Origin: Rhodobacteraceae bacterium HLUCCA08
GTDB lineage: Bacteria > Pseudomonadota > Alphaproteobacteria > Rhodobacterales > Rhodobacteraceae
Direction: 5' to 3'
Assembly (NCBI GenBank): GCA_001314655.1
Contig: LJSF01000014.1
Span: 1 to 64,000 of the forward strand
Length of the DNA: 64,000 nt
Shown: in pieces, positions 48,691-57,242 of the stretch
Layout of the letters: each line of letters begins with the position of its first letter
Position numbering within the stretch: the stretch's first letter is position 1
Program-made: the position numbers and the translations under genes
Notes under the pieces: generated by a model
The model's database searches: none
What the model saw: only the letters and a program-made list of their open reading frames with translations
What the model was told of the DNA's origin: nothing

Positions 48691-49907
48691 CCCGCTTCAC
48701 CATCGCCTCGTTCAACGTCAAGAACCTGATCGGGCCGGACAGGGAATATTACGAATTCCAAAGCTACACGCCCGAGGAATACGCCTGGAAAGCCGATTGG
48801 CTGGCCGACCAATTGCTGACGATGGAGGCCGATATCGTCGGCTTTCAGGAAATCTTCGAGGAACAGCCGCTGGCCCAGATCATCGCCGAAACCGATGCCC
48901 GTGGCGCCGCGCTCAACGATGCCGCGATCCCGGACCGGTCCCGGGGCTACCGCAAGAAGGCGATCTTCCGGAAACTGGAATATACCCCCTACGGGCCCGG
49001 CGCCGCGCTGGCCTTTGCCCCCAACGCCGCCGATGACGGAACGCCCGGCAAGCGGCGGCCGGGGGTGGCGGTGCTGTCGCGTTTCGGTTTTGCCGGCGAA
49101 CCGGAGGTGATCCAGGATCTGGACACGCCGCTCACCATCCCGTTCCAGCCCCTGCGCGGGATGACCGGGTCCGACAGTGGCCATTTCACCCTGCGCCGGC
49201 TGTCGCGTCCGGTCCTCAAGGTGCGGGTGCCGGTGGGCGGCGCCATCCTCACCGTGTTCAACTGCCACCTGAAATCCAAGCTGGGGGAATACATCACGCC
49301 GCCCGGCGCCGCCTTCGCCCCCGAGGCCGACCTGACCCGCTATGACCCGCTGGGCCGGGCCATGGGCAGCCTGCGCGCCGCCCTGCGCCGGATGGCCGAG
49401 GCCTGGGTGCTGCGGCGCGCGGTGGTGGCCGAACTCGACGCCGGCCACCCGGTGATGGTGCTGGGCGATTTCAACGACGGCGAACATGCGGTCAGCTCGG
49501 AAATCATCGCCGGCGAGGTGCCGTTCAAGAATTACGCCTGGATGCTGCGCCACGATGCCGAAAGCCCGGGCGACCGCTACAGCCATGAAGAAAATATCCG
49601 GATCACCGAAAGCATCGAACGGCTGCGGCTGCATTCGGCCGAAAAGCTGTTCGTGCGCAAATCCCTGCGCGACATGGTCTATACCTCGGCCTTCGGCGGG
49701 GTGTTCGAGTCGATCGACCAGATCTACCTGTCGCGGCATTTCCACCCCGATCACGACCAGCGGATCGGCGAGATGGAGTATTTCTCGGTCCTCAACGACC
49801 ATCTGACCGACGGCTCGCATCCCGAGGCGCCCTATAACAAGCTCGCCTCCGATCACGGGCAGATCATCGCCCATATGCGGCTGGGCGGCGGCGACGATGC
49901 GGGTTGA
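48687..49907 (+). CDS. Endonuclease/exonuclease/phosphatase (EEP)-family protein
   Basis: 406 aa with EEP-like motifs (FNVKNL..., GDFND, SDHG). Confidence 0.6.
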   Translation: MTRFTIASFNVKNLIGPDREYYEFQSYTPEEYAWKADWLADQLLTMEADIVGFQEIFEEQPLAQIIAETDARGAALNDAAIPDRSRGYRKKAIFRKLEYTPYGPGAALAFAPNAADDGTPGKRRPGVAVLSRFGFAGEPEVIQDLDTPLTIPFQPLRGMTGSDSGHFTLRRLSRPVLKVRVPVGGAILTVFNCHLKSKLGEYITPPGAAFAPEADLTRYDPLGRAMGSLRAALRRMAEAWVLRRAVVAELDAGHPVMVLGDFNDGEHAVSSEIIAGEVPFKNYAWMLRHDAESPGDRYSHEENIRITESIERLRLHSAEKLFVRKSLRDMVYTSAFGGVFESIDQIYLSRHFHPDHDQRIGEMEYFSVLNDHLTDGSHPEAPYNKLASDHGQIIAHMRLGGGDDAG

Positions 49908-50670
49908 ACGGGACGGGATCGCCCTGAATGCGCATGTGTCCGGCGACGGCCCGCCGGTCCTGTTCCTGCATGCGCTGGGGCTGGATCACACGATCTGGGC
50001 CGATGTCATGGGCCAAATGCCGAACCACCGGCTGATCGCGATGGACCTGCGCGGGCACGGAGCCTCCGACGCGCCGCCGCCGGCCTACGCGATGGGCGCC
50101 CTGATCGCCGATGCCGAGGCGGTGCTGGAGGCGGCCGAGGCGCGCGATGCCGTGGTGATCGGCATCTCGCTGGGCGGGATGATCGCCCAGGGGCTGGCGG
50201 TCAAACGGCTGGACCTGGTGCGCGCCCTGGTGCTGTCGAACACCGCCGCCAGGTTCGGCCAGCCCGGCCCCTGGCAGGACCGCGCCGCGCTGGTGCAGGC
50301 GCAGGGAATGGCGGCGATCGAGGAGACGACGCTGACCCGCTGGTTCGGCAGGGGCGCCAGCGGCCCGGCCGTCGACGCCGCCCGCGCCCTGCTGCGCGAC
50401 TGCGACCCGCAGGGCTATGCCGGCGGCTGCACCGCCATCGCCGGAACCGATTTCTACACGCCCACCTCGGGCCTGCGCCTGCCCACCCTGGGCATCGCCG
50501 GGGATCGCGACGGATCGACCCCGCCCGACCTGGTGCGCGAAACCCTGGAGCTGATCCCGGGGTCGGACGTCCGGCTGATGCGCCGCTCGGGTCACCTGCC
50601 CTGCCTGGATGCGCCCGAGGCCATGGCGGCGCTGATCCGCGATTTCCTGGCCCGGATCGGCCATAGCTGA
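49897..50670 (+). CDS. Alpha/beta hydrolase, 3-oxoadipate enol-lactonase-like
   Basis: The GISLGG nucleophile elbow is present. Length and pattern resemble PcaD. Confidence 0.7.
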   Translation: MRVERDGIALNAHVSGDGPPVLFLHALGLDHTIWADVMGQMPNHRLIAMDLRGHGASDAPPPAYAMGALIADAEAVLEAAEARDAVVIGISLGGMIAQGLAVKRLDLVRALVLSNTAARFGQPGPWQDRAALVQAQGMAAIEETTLTRWFGRGASGPAVDAARALLRDCDPQGYAGGCTAIAGTDFYTPTSGLRLPTLGIAGDRDGSTPPDLVRETLELIPGSDVRLMRRSGHLPCLDAPEAMAALIRDFLARIGHS

Positions 50671-50765
50671 CGCAACGCCACGCGAAAACCGACCGCAAAG
50701 GGTCGTTTTCCGGCATGCCGCGCCTGGCCCACCCGGCACCCTGCACTCAAACGGGGAGGGGTCGG

Positions 50766-51842
50766 ATGACACGGATCAGGGCCGCTGTGTGCCATGCCTT
50801 CGGCGCGCCGCTGCGCATCGAAGAGGTCGAGCTGCGCGCGCCACACAGCGCCGAGGTCGAGGTGACGCTGGGCGCGGTGGCGATCTGCCATTCCGACATC
50901 TCCTATGCCGAGGGGATCTGGGGCGGCACCCTGCCGGCGGTCTATGGCCACGAGGCGGCGGGAACCGTGACCGCCCTGGGACCTCAGGCAGGCGGGCTGG
51001 CCCTCGGCGACAAGGTCGTGGTGACCCTGATCCGGTCCTGCGGCACCTGCCCGTCCTGCGCCGGCGCCCATCCGGCCCATTGCGAGACCCCCGCCCCGGC
51101 GACCGGCCCGCTCAGCCTGCCCGATGGCAGACCGCTGATGCAGGCGATGCACTGCGGCGCCTTCGCCGAAAAGGTGGTGGTCGATCGCAGCCAGATCGCC
51201 CCGATCCCCGACGCCTTGCCGATGGAGGCCGCCGCGCTGCTGGCCTGCGGGGTGATCACCGGCGTCGGCGCGGTGATCAATACCGGCGCCGTCCGGCCGG
51301 GAGAGGACGTGGTGGTGATCGGCGCCGGCGGCGTCGGCCTGAACGCGATCCAGGGCGCGCGGATCGCCGGGGCACGGCGGATCGTGGCGGTCGACCTGAA
51401 CGCGTCCAAGCTGGAGGATGCCCGCACCTTCGGCGCCACCGACACGCTGCTGGCCGACGCCGACGCCCCCGCCGCCACCCGCGCGCTGCTGGGCCGGGGG
51501 GCCGATGCGGTCTTCGTCACCGTCGGCGCCATCGCCGCCTTCCAGATCGCGCCCGATTACCTGGCCCCGCGCGGCCGGGTGGTGCTGGTCGGCATGCCCG
51601 CCGTCGGCGCCATGGCCAGTTACGAGCCGGGAAACCTGGCCGCCGCCGGGCAGGCGCTGATCGGCTCCAAGATGGGCGATGCGGTGATCGCCCGCGACAT
51701 CCCCTGGCTGTGCGACCTGCATGCCCAGGGCCGGCTGCAGCTTGAGACGCTGATCTCGGGCCGCTGGCGGCTTGAGCAGATCAACGAGGCGATCGCCGAT
51801 ACCCGCTCTGGCGCCGCGCGTCGGAACGTGATCCTGTTCTGA
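50766..51842 (+). CDS. Zinc-dependent alcohol dehydrogenase (MDR family)
   Basis: The zinc ligands GHEAAG...C..C..C..C and the Rossmann motif GAGGVG are present. The start is taken at MTRIRAAV. Confidence 0.85.
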   Translation: MTRIRAAVCHAFGAPLRIEEVELRAPHSAEVEVTLGAVAICHSDISYAEGIWGGTLPAVYGHEAAGTVTALGPQAGGLALGDKVVVTLIRSCGTCPSCAGAHPAHCETPAPATGPLSLPDGRPLMQAMHCGAFAEKVVVDRSQIAPIPDALPMEAAALLACGVITGVGAVINTGAVRPGEDVVVIGAGGVGLNAIQGARIAGARRIVAVDLNASKLEDARTFGATDTLLADADAPAATRALLGRGADAVFVTVGAIAAFQIAPDYLAPRGRVVLVGMPAVGAMASYEPGNLAAAGQALIGSKMGDAVIARDIPWLCDLHAQGRLQLETLISGRWRLEQINEAIADTRSGAARRNVILF

Positions 51843-51893
51843 CCGGGGCCCCGACCCCGCCCGCGATACCGGACCCCAAGGAAGCGACGCGCC

Positions 51894-53129
51894 ATGAAGC
51901 TGACCGACCTCGATATCATCGTCACCGCCGCGCCGGCGCCGGGCTGGGGCGGGCGCTACTGGATCCTGGTCAAGGTCACGACCGATACCGGGATCACCGG
52001 CTGGGGCGAATGCTATGCCAGCGCCGTGGGCCCCGACGCCATGCGCGCGGTCATCGCGGATGTGTTCAGCCGCCACATGGCGGGCGAGACCCCCGAGAAT
52101 ATCGAACTGATGTTCCGCCGCGCCTATTCGGCGGGCTTCACCCAGCGGCCCGACCCCACGGTGATGGGGGCCTTTTCCGGGCTGGAAATCGCCTGCTGGG
52201 ATATCCTCGGCAAGGATCGCGGCCGGCCGGTCCATGCCCTGATCGGCGGCAAGGTGAACGACCGGATCCGGGCCTATACCTATCTCTATCCCCTGCCCCA
52301 TCACGACCTGCCGGGCTTCTGGGGATCGCCCGAAATGGCCGCCGAAAGCGCCGCGGCGCTGGTCGCGCGCGGCTATACGGCGGTCAAGTTCGACCCGGCC
52401 GGCCCCTATACGATCCGCGGCGGGCATCAGCCATCGCTTGCCGATATCGAGGCTTCGGTCGCCTTCTGCGCCGCGATCCGGGCGGCGGTGGGAACCAGGG
52501 CCGACCTTCTGTTCGGCACCCATGGGCAATTCTCGCGCGGCGGCGCGATCCGGCTGGCAAGGGCGATCGAACCCCATGACCCGCTGTGGTTCGAGGAACC
52601 GGTGCCGCCCGACAATGTCGCCGACATGGCCGCCGTCGCCGGCGCCACCCGGATTCCCGTCGCCACCGGCGAACGGCTGAGCACCAAGGCCGAATTCGCC
52701 CCCGTGCTGCGGTCCGGCGCGGCGACCATCCTGCAACCGGCCCTGGGCCGCGCCGGCGGCATCTGGGAAGGCAAGAAGATCGCCACCCTGGCCGAGGTCT
52801 ACAACGCCCAGATCGCGCCGCATCTTTATGCCGGGCCGGTGGAATGGGCCGCCAATATCCAGCTGGCCGCCGCCTGCGCCAACACGCTGATGGCCGAAAC
52901 CATCGAAACCCCGTTCCACGACGCGCTGATCGGCGGCGCCCTGCGGGTCGAGGACGGGTATGTCCGCGTGCCGGACGCGCCGGGCCTGGGCATCGAGGTC
53001 GACGAGGCGCTGGCCCGTGCCCATCCCTATACCGGCGACGGGCTGCATCTGCAGATGCAGGAGGCGCCGATCTCCTATCACGGTGCCAACCCGTTCGCGG
53101 GCGGCGCGCCGGTGAAATCCGGCGAATAG
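51894..53129 (+). CDS. Enolase-superfamily enzyme (mandelate racemase / sugar-acid dehydratase-like)
   Basis: 411 aa. The N-terminal capping domain and the metal ligands D...E...E pattern are present (FDPAGPY..., FEEP). Confidence 0.75.
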   Translation: MKLTDLDIIVTAAPAPGWGGRYWILVKVTTDTGITGWGECYASAVGPDAMRAVIADVFSRHMAGETPENIELMFRRAYSAGFTQRPDPTVMGAFSGLEIACWDILGKDRGRPVHALIGGKVNDRIRAYTYLYPLPHHDLPGFWGSPEMAAESAAALVARGYTAVKFDPAGPYTIRGGHQPSLADIEASVAFCAAIRAAVGTRADLLFGTHGQFSRGGAIRLARAIEPHDPLWFEEPVPPDNVADMAAVAGATRIPVATGERLSTKAEFAPVLRSGAATILQPALGRAGGIWEGKKIATLAEVYNAQIAPHLYAGPVEWAANIQLAAACANTLMAETIETPFHDALIGGALRVEDGYVRVPDAPGLGIEVDEALARAHPYTGDGLHLQMQEAPISYHGANPFAGGAPVKSGE

Positions 53130-53180
53130 GGCCGGCCCCCGGCATCCACGGCTTTCTTCCCGGCGCGGGCGCGCGTATGT

Positions 53181-53193
53181 TGAACGCGGTTCA
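53181..53193. promoter_or_regulatory. Palindrome TGAAC-GCG-GTTCA, 16 bp upstream of the tetR start (candidate operator)
   Basis: Seen directly. It has the same half-sites as the two sites downstream of tetR. Confidence 0.5.
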
Positions 53194-53208
53194 CGCCGAG
53201 GAGTCCCC

Positions 53209-53814
53209 ATGGCCGGAAAGACCCAAACCCGCCGCCGCGCCCTGCGCGAAGCCCTGATCGAACACGCCGAACGCCGGATCCATGCGGACGGGTTGGCCGC
53301 CCTGCGCGCCCGCGACCTGGCGCAGGATGCGGGCTGCGCGCTGGGGGCGATCTACAATGTCTTCGGCGATCTGGGGGAACTGGTGCTGGCCGTCAATGCC
53401 CGCACCTTCGAGGCGCTGGGCGCCCAGGTGGCCGAGGCGCTGGCCGATGCGCCGCAGGACGCGACCGGGCAATTGGTGGTGATGGCCCGCGCCTATCACC
53501 GTTTCGCTGCCGAGAATTACCACGCCTGGCGCGCCCTGTTCGACATCGACCGCCCCGCCGGCGCGGCCGCGCCGGATTGGTACCTGACCGAGATGAACCG
53601 CCTTTTCGCCTATATCGAGGCGCCGCTGCGCGCGCTTTTTCCCGATCTGGGGCCACAGGACCTGGCGCTGCTGACCCGGGCCTTGTTCTCCTCCGTTCAT
53701 GGCATCGTCATGCTGGCGCTGAACGAAGCCAGCGCGGGCGTGCCCCAAGCCGAGGTCGACCGGATGATCGCCCTTGTCCTGCACCGTATGGCCGGGCTGC
53801 CTCAAGGAAAATGA
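53209..53814 (+). CDS. TetR-family transcriptional regulator
   Basis: The N-terminal HTH is LRARDLAQDAGCALGAIYNVF. 201 aa. Confidence 0.85.
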   Translation: MAGKTQTRRRALREALIEHAERRIHADGLAALRARDLAQDAGCALGAIYNVFGDLGELVLAVNARTFEALGAQVAEALADAPQDATGQLVVMARAYHRFAAENYHAWRALFDIDRPAGAAAPDWYLTEMNRLFAYIEAPLRALFPDLGPQDLALLTRALFSSVHGIVMLALNEASAGVPQAEVDRMIALVLHRMAGLPQGK

Positions 53815-53881
53815 ACAGCGTTCACGCTTTTCGTTGACCCCGCGATGCGAATCGCCCTATCCAATTTGTGAACAGCGTTCA
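53812..53881. promoter_or_regulatory. Two identical palindromes TGAACAGCGTTCAC (53812-53825 and 53869-53882) in the tetR-pspA intergenic region
   Basis: Both are seen directly. The first overlaps the tetR stop codon. The second ends 15 bp before the pspA ATG, just upstream of the AGGAAAGG RBS. Confidence 0.55.
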
Positions 53882-53896
53882 CGAAAGGAAAGGCGG

Positions 53897-54628
53897 ATGT
53901 TCAGAACCCTCTCGACCCTGATCGCCGGGGTCTCGGCCCGCTCCGAGGACCGGGTCCGTGACGCCTTCGCGATCGAACTGATCGACCAGAAGATCCGCGA
54001 GGCCGACGCCCAGCTCAAGGCCGCCAAGGCCATGCTCGCCTCGCTGATCCAGCGCCAGCGCGGCGAACAGCGCCAACGCGACGCCCTGCGCGGCCGGATC
54101 GCCGACATGACCACCCGCGCCGCCGAGGCGCTGCAGGCCGGCCGCGACGACATGGCCCGCGAGGCCGCCCAGGCGATCGCCACGATGGAAAACGAACGGG
54201 CCCTGCGCGACACCACCTGCGACCGGCTGGAGCAGAAGGTGATCCGCCTGCGCAGCGCGATCGAGGCCGGTCACCGCCGGGTCATCGACCTGAAACAGGG
54301 CGCGATCCGGGCCCGGGCGGTGCGCCGCGAACAACAGATGCAGGCGCGGCTGAGTTCGGCCATCGGCGCCACGTCGGCCAGCGACGAGGCCGAGGAGTTG
54401 ATCGCCCGCGTCATGGGCCGCGACGACCCGTTCGAACATTCCGAAATCCTGCGCGAAATCGACAGCGACCTGGGCCATGAAACCCTGGCCGACCGGATGG
54501 CCGCCCAGGGATTCGGCGCCGCCACCCGGGTCACCGCCGATGATGTGCTGGCCCGCCTGCAGCGGCTCGAAGAGGCGCGCAACGAACGCCTGCTGGCCGA
54601 ATATGTGGGGGGCAAGGACCAGGCGTGA
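53897..54628 (+). CDS. pspA: PspA/IM30-family membrane-stress protein
   Basis: MFRTLSTLIAGVSARSEDRVRDAFAIELIDQKIREADAQLKAAKAMLASLIQRQ... is all-helical coiled coil, typical of PspA/Vipp1. The start at 53897 has an AGGAAAGG RBS. Confidence 0.8.
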   Translation: MFRTLSTLIAGVSARSEDRVRDAFAIELIDQKIREADAQLKAAKAMLASLIQRQRGEQRQRDALRGRIADMTTRAAEALQAGRDDMAREAAQAIATMENERALRDTTCDRLEQKVIRLRSAIEAGHRRVIDLKQGAIRARAVRREQQMQARLSSAIGATSASDEAEELIARVMGRDDPFEHSEILREIDSDLGHETLADRMAAQGFGAATRVTADDVLARLQRLEEARNERLLAEYVGGKDQA

Positions 54629-54736
54629 TCCCCGCCGCGTCGCATCCCCCGCATGCCCCGCCGGGTCTGTCCCGCCCGGCGGGGCCCCGTTTCGCGCCCC
54701 CTTTCCAAACCCCGCGCCCCGCGCCAAGGTTGCCGC

Positions 54737-55417
54737 ATGGGAACGATCACCCGTCTTCTGCGCCGCATCGCCGCCCGGGCCACCGGGCATGTGCTGGTCT
54801 TCATCGCCCGTTTCATCACCGCCGTGCGTGCCGATTGGCGGGGGATCGAACCGGTGCCGCGCCAGCGGGTCTATTTCGCAAATCACGTGTCCAATGCCGA
54901 CATGCCGATGATCTGGGCCGTCCTGCCGCCGGCCCTGCGGCGCGAGGTCCGGCCCGTCGCCGCCGCCGATTACTGGCTCAAGACCCCGCTGCGCGCCTTC
55001 GTCGGCCCCGAGGTCTTCAACTGCGTGCTGGTCGACCGCCGCCCCGAGGCGCGCAGTGACGACCCGCTGGAGAGCATTCTTGCCGCCCTGCGCGAGGGGT
55101 CGTCGCTGATCATCTTTCCCGAAGGCGGGCGCAACATGGGCCCCGACCCGTTGCTGCCGTTCAAGGCCGGGCTGTACAACATCGGCCGCGCATGTCCCGA
55201 GGTGGACCTGGTGCCGACCTGGATCGCCAACCTGACCGCGATCATGCCCAAGGGCGAAATCATCCCCCTGCCGCTGATCTGCACCGTGACCTTCGGCGCG
55301 CCGCTGCATGTCGACCCGGGCGAGGACAAGGATGCCTTTCTGGCCCGCGCCTCGGGCGCGCTGGCCGCGCTCGCCCCGCCGCCGCCGCCGCCCGCGCCGG
55401 AACAGGCCCCGGCATGA
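54737..55417 (+). CDS. Lysophospholipid (1-acyl-sn-glycerol-3-phosphate) acyltransferase, PlsC family
   Basis: The HX4D motif HVSNAD and FPEGGRN are present. The C-terminus is Pro-rich (APPPPPPAPEQAPA). Confidence 0.75.
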   Translation: MGTITRLLRRIAARATGHVLVFIARFITAVRADWRGIEPVPRQRVYFANHVSNADMPMIWAVLPPALRREVRPVAAADYWLKTPLRAFVGPEVFNCVLVDRRPEARSDDPLESILAALREGSSLIIFPEGGRNMGPDPLLPFKAGLYNIGRACPEVDLVPTWIANLTAIMPKGEIIPLPLICTVTFGAPLHVDPGEDKDAFLARASGALAALAPPPPPPAPEQAPA

Positions 55418-56364
55418 CCGACACCACCTATCAGCACATCCTGATCCTGTTCCTGGGGGTTTGCGGCCTGCTGCTAGCGCTGACCCTGTTCGGCGCCGCC
55501 CTGCGCGCCCGTTACGGCCGTGGCCAGGACAACCCGGTGATCGAAACCTACATGACCCGGGTCCATAGCTGGTGGACCATGGTGCTGCTGTTCGTGCTGG
55601 CGCTGATGCTGGGCCGGGTCGGGGTCGTGCTGCTCTTCGCCTTCGCCTCGTTCTCGGCGCTGCGCGAATTCCTGACCCTGACCTACAAGCGCCAGGCCGA
55701 TCACATCGCCCTCGCGCTGGCCTTTTTCGCGGTGCTGCCGTTGCAATACCTCTTCGTGGGCCTGGGCTGGCAGGCGGTCTATACGGTGTTCATCCCGGTC
55801 TATGCCTTCCTGCTGCTGCCGGTCGTGTCGGCCCTGCGCGGGGATGCGTCGGGGTTCCTGGTGCGGGTGGCCGAAACCCAATGGGGCCTGATGATCACCG
55901 TGTTCTGCGCCAGCCACGTGCCGGCGCTGCTGAACCTGGGCTTTCCCGATTACCCGGCGGACCGGGGCCTGTTGCTGATCGCCTTCCTGGTCATGGTCGT
56001 CCAGTTCGGCGACCTGCTGGATTTCTATTTCGGCCGCCGCCTTGGCCGGACCCGGATCGTGCCGGGCCTGTCGCCCAAGACCTGGGAAGGCGCGTCCCTG
56101 GGCGTCGCCAGCGCCGCACTGATCGGCGGCGCGCTGGCCTGGCTGACACCGTTCCCGGTCTGGGGCGCGATGGCGATGGCGGCGGTGGCCTCGGCCACCG
56201 GCCAGGCCGGCAACCTGGTGATCGCCGCGATCAAGCGCGACCGCGGCGTGCGCGACTGGTCCCACCTGATCCCCGGCCAGGGCGGTTTCGTCGACCAGAT
56301 GGACAGCGTGATGTTCGCCGCCCCGGTCTTCTATCACCTCACCGCGCTCGCCTGGGCCAGCTGA
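55414..56364 (+). CDS. CDP-diglyceride synthetase (CdsA)-family integral membrane protein
   Basis: It is polytopic. SPKTWEG and the C-terminal PGQGGFVDQMDS match the CTP-transferase signature. The start ATG overlaps the previous stop as ATGA. Confidence 0.7.
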   Translation: MTDTTYQHILILFLGVCGLLLALTLFGAALRARYGRGQDNPVIETYMTRVHSWWTMVLLFVLALMLGRVGVVLLFAFASFSALREFLTLTYKRQADHIALALAFFAVLPLQYLFVGLGWQAVYTVFIPVYAFLLLPVVSALRGDASGFLVRVAETQWGLMITVFCASHVPALLNLGFPDYPADRGLLLIAFLVMVVQFGDLLDFYFGRRLGRTRIVPGLSPKTWEGASLGVASAALIGGALAWLTPFPVWGAMAMAAVASATGQAGNLVIAAIKRDRGVRDWSHLIPGQGGFVDQMDSVMFAAPVFYHLTALAWAS

Positions 56365-57008
56365 CGCCGCCGCATCAGCGCCACGACACCGAACGCACTG
56401 GCCAGAAGCAGACCGCCCGCCGGCAGCGGCACGGGCGCGGGGGTGGTGATCCGGATGTCGGTGAACTGGAATTCGTATTCGATCCCGAAGGCCGACCAGA
56501 ATACTCCGCCCGTCGTACCCTGGTAATAGGCGTCGTTCATGTAGCGGTAAGACCCGGTCAAAGGATCCATTTCGGCCTCGTAGACGTAACAGCAGCCATC
56601 GGTCCTTCGATAGCGAAAGCTGCGACTCGCCTCGTCCAGCGACGCCTCAAGGTAGTTGCCCCATTGGCAGAAGTCCCGCTCCGTACCCGTGAGGTAGCAG
56701 TCCAGCGAATATTGGTTGTCCAGGTCCAGTTCATCGGGGTGGAAATACAAGGCCAGTCGCCCGGAACGGGATTCTCCCCTCTCCAAACCGCCGATATTGA
56801 AGCCCAGTTCAGCCAAGGAGAACCGGCGCGCATTGAAATCGACGTTTTCGTAGGTTGCCTGATCATAACTCTCGTCGAGGAACAGAGACCAGTTCGACAA
56901 TGTCGACGTGAACGTCGCCTCGTAGACCAGCGTCGCCGCGTCGGACTTCGCACCGAACAGCGTCACGGCGGCGCCCAGGACCGCAGTCAAAACTCCAAAC
57001 CGACCCAT
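56334..57008 (-). CDS. Secreted protein with a C-terminal VPLPA-CTERM-type sorting signal
   Basis: A signal peptide (MGRFGVLTAVLGAAVTLFGA) is present. The extreme C-terminus is PAPVPLPAGGLLLASAFGVVALMRRRQ, that is a VPLPA motif, a TM helix and an Arg cluster. Confidence 0.65.
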   Translation of the reverse strand: MGRFGVLTAVLGAAVTLFGAKSDAATLVYEATFTSTLSNWSLFLDESYDQATYENVDFNARRFSLAELGFNIGGLERGESRSGRLALYFHPDELDLDNQYSLDCYLTGTERDFCQWGNYLEASLDEASRSFRYRRTDGCCYVYEAEMDPLTGSYRYMNDAYYQGTTGGVFWSAFGIEYEFQFTDIRITTPAPVPLPAGGLLLASAFGVVALMRRRQLAQASAVR

Positions 57009-57104
57009 ACCGCCCCCTACAGCGTTAACCATTCATTAACGAATCTTAACAAGCCGGGGCGGGTCAGGCAACGAAACCGGGGCGTCCAGGTAAAGGAAAG
57101 GCAC

Positions 57105-57181
57105 TGGCGGCCCCTGAAGGATTCGAACCCTCGACCTGCCGATTAGAAGTCGGCTGCTCTATCCAGCTGAGCTAAGGGGCC
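57105..57181 (-). tRNA. tRNA-Arg (anticodon TCT)
   Basis: The reverse complement is GGCCCCTTAGCTCAGCTGGATAGAGCAGCCGACTTCTAATCGGCAGGTCGAGGGTTCGAATCCTTCAGGGGCCGCCA. This is a canonical cloverleaf with the loop CTTCTAA and an encoded CCA. Confidence 0.9.
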
Positions 57182-57242
57182 GTGCCGCGCCCGTCATAAA
57201 CCGAGGCGCGCGCCGGGGGAAGCCTCCCGCCGCGATGGCCGC

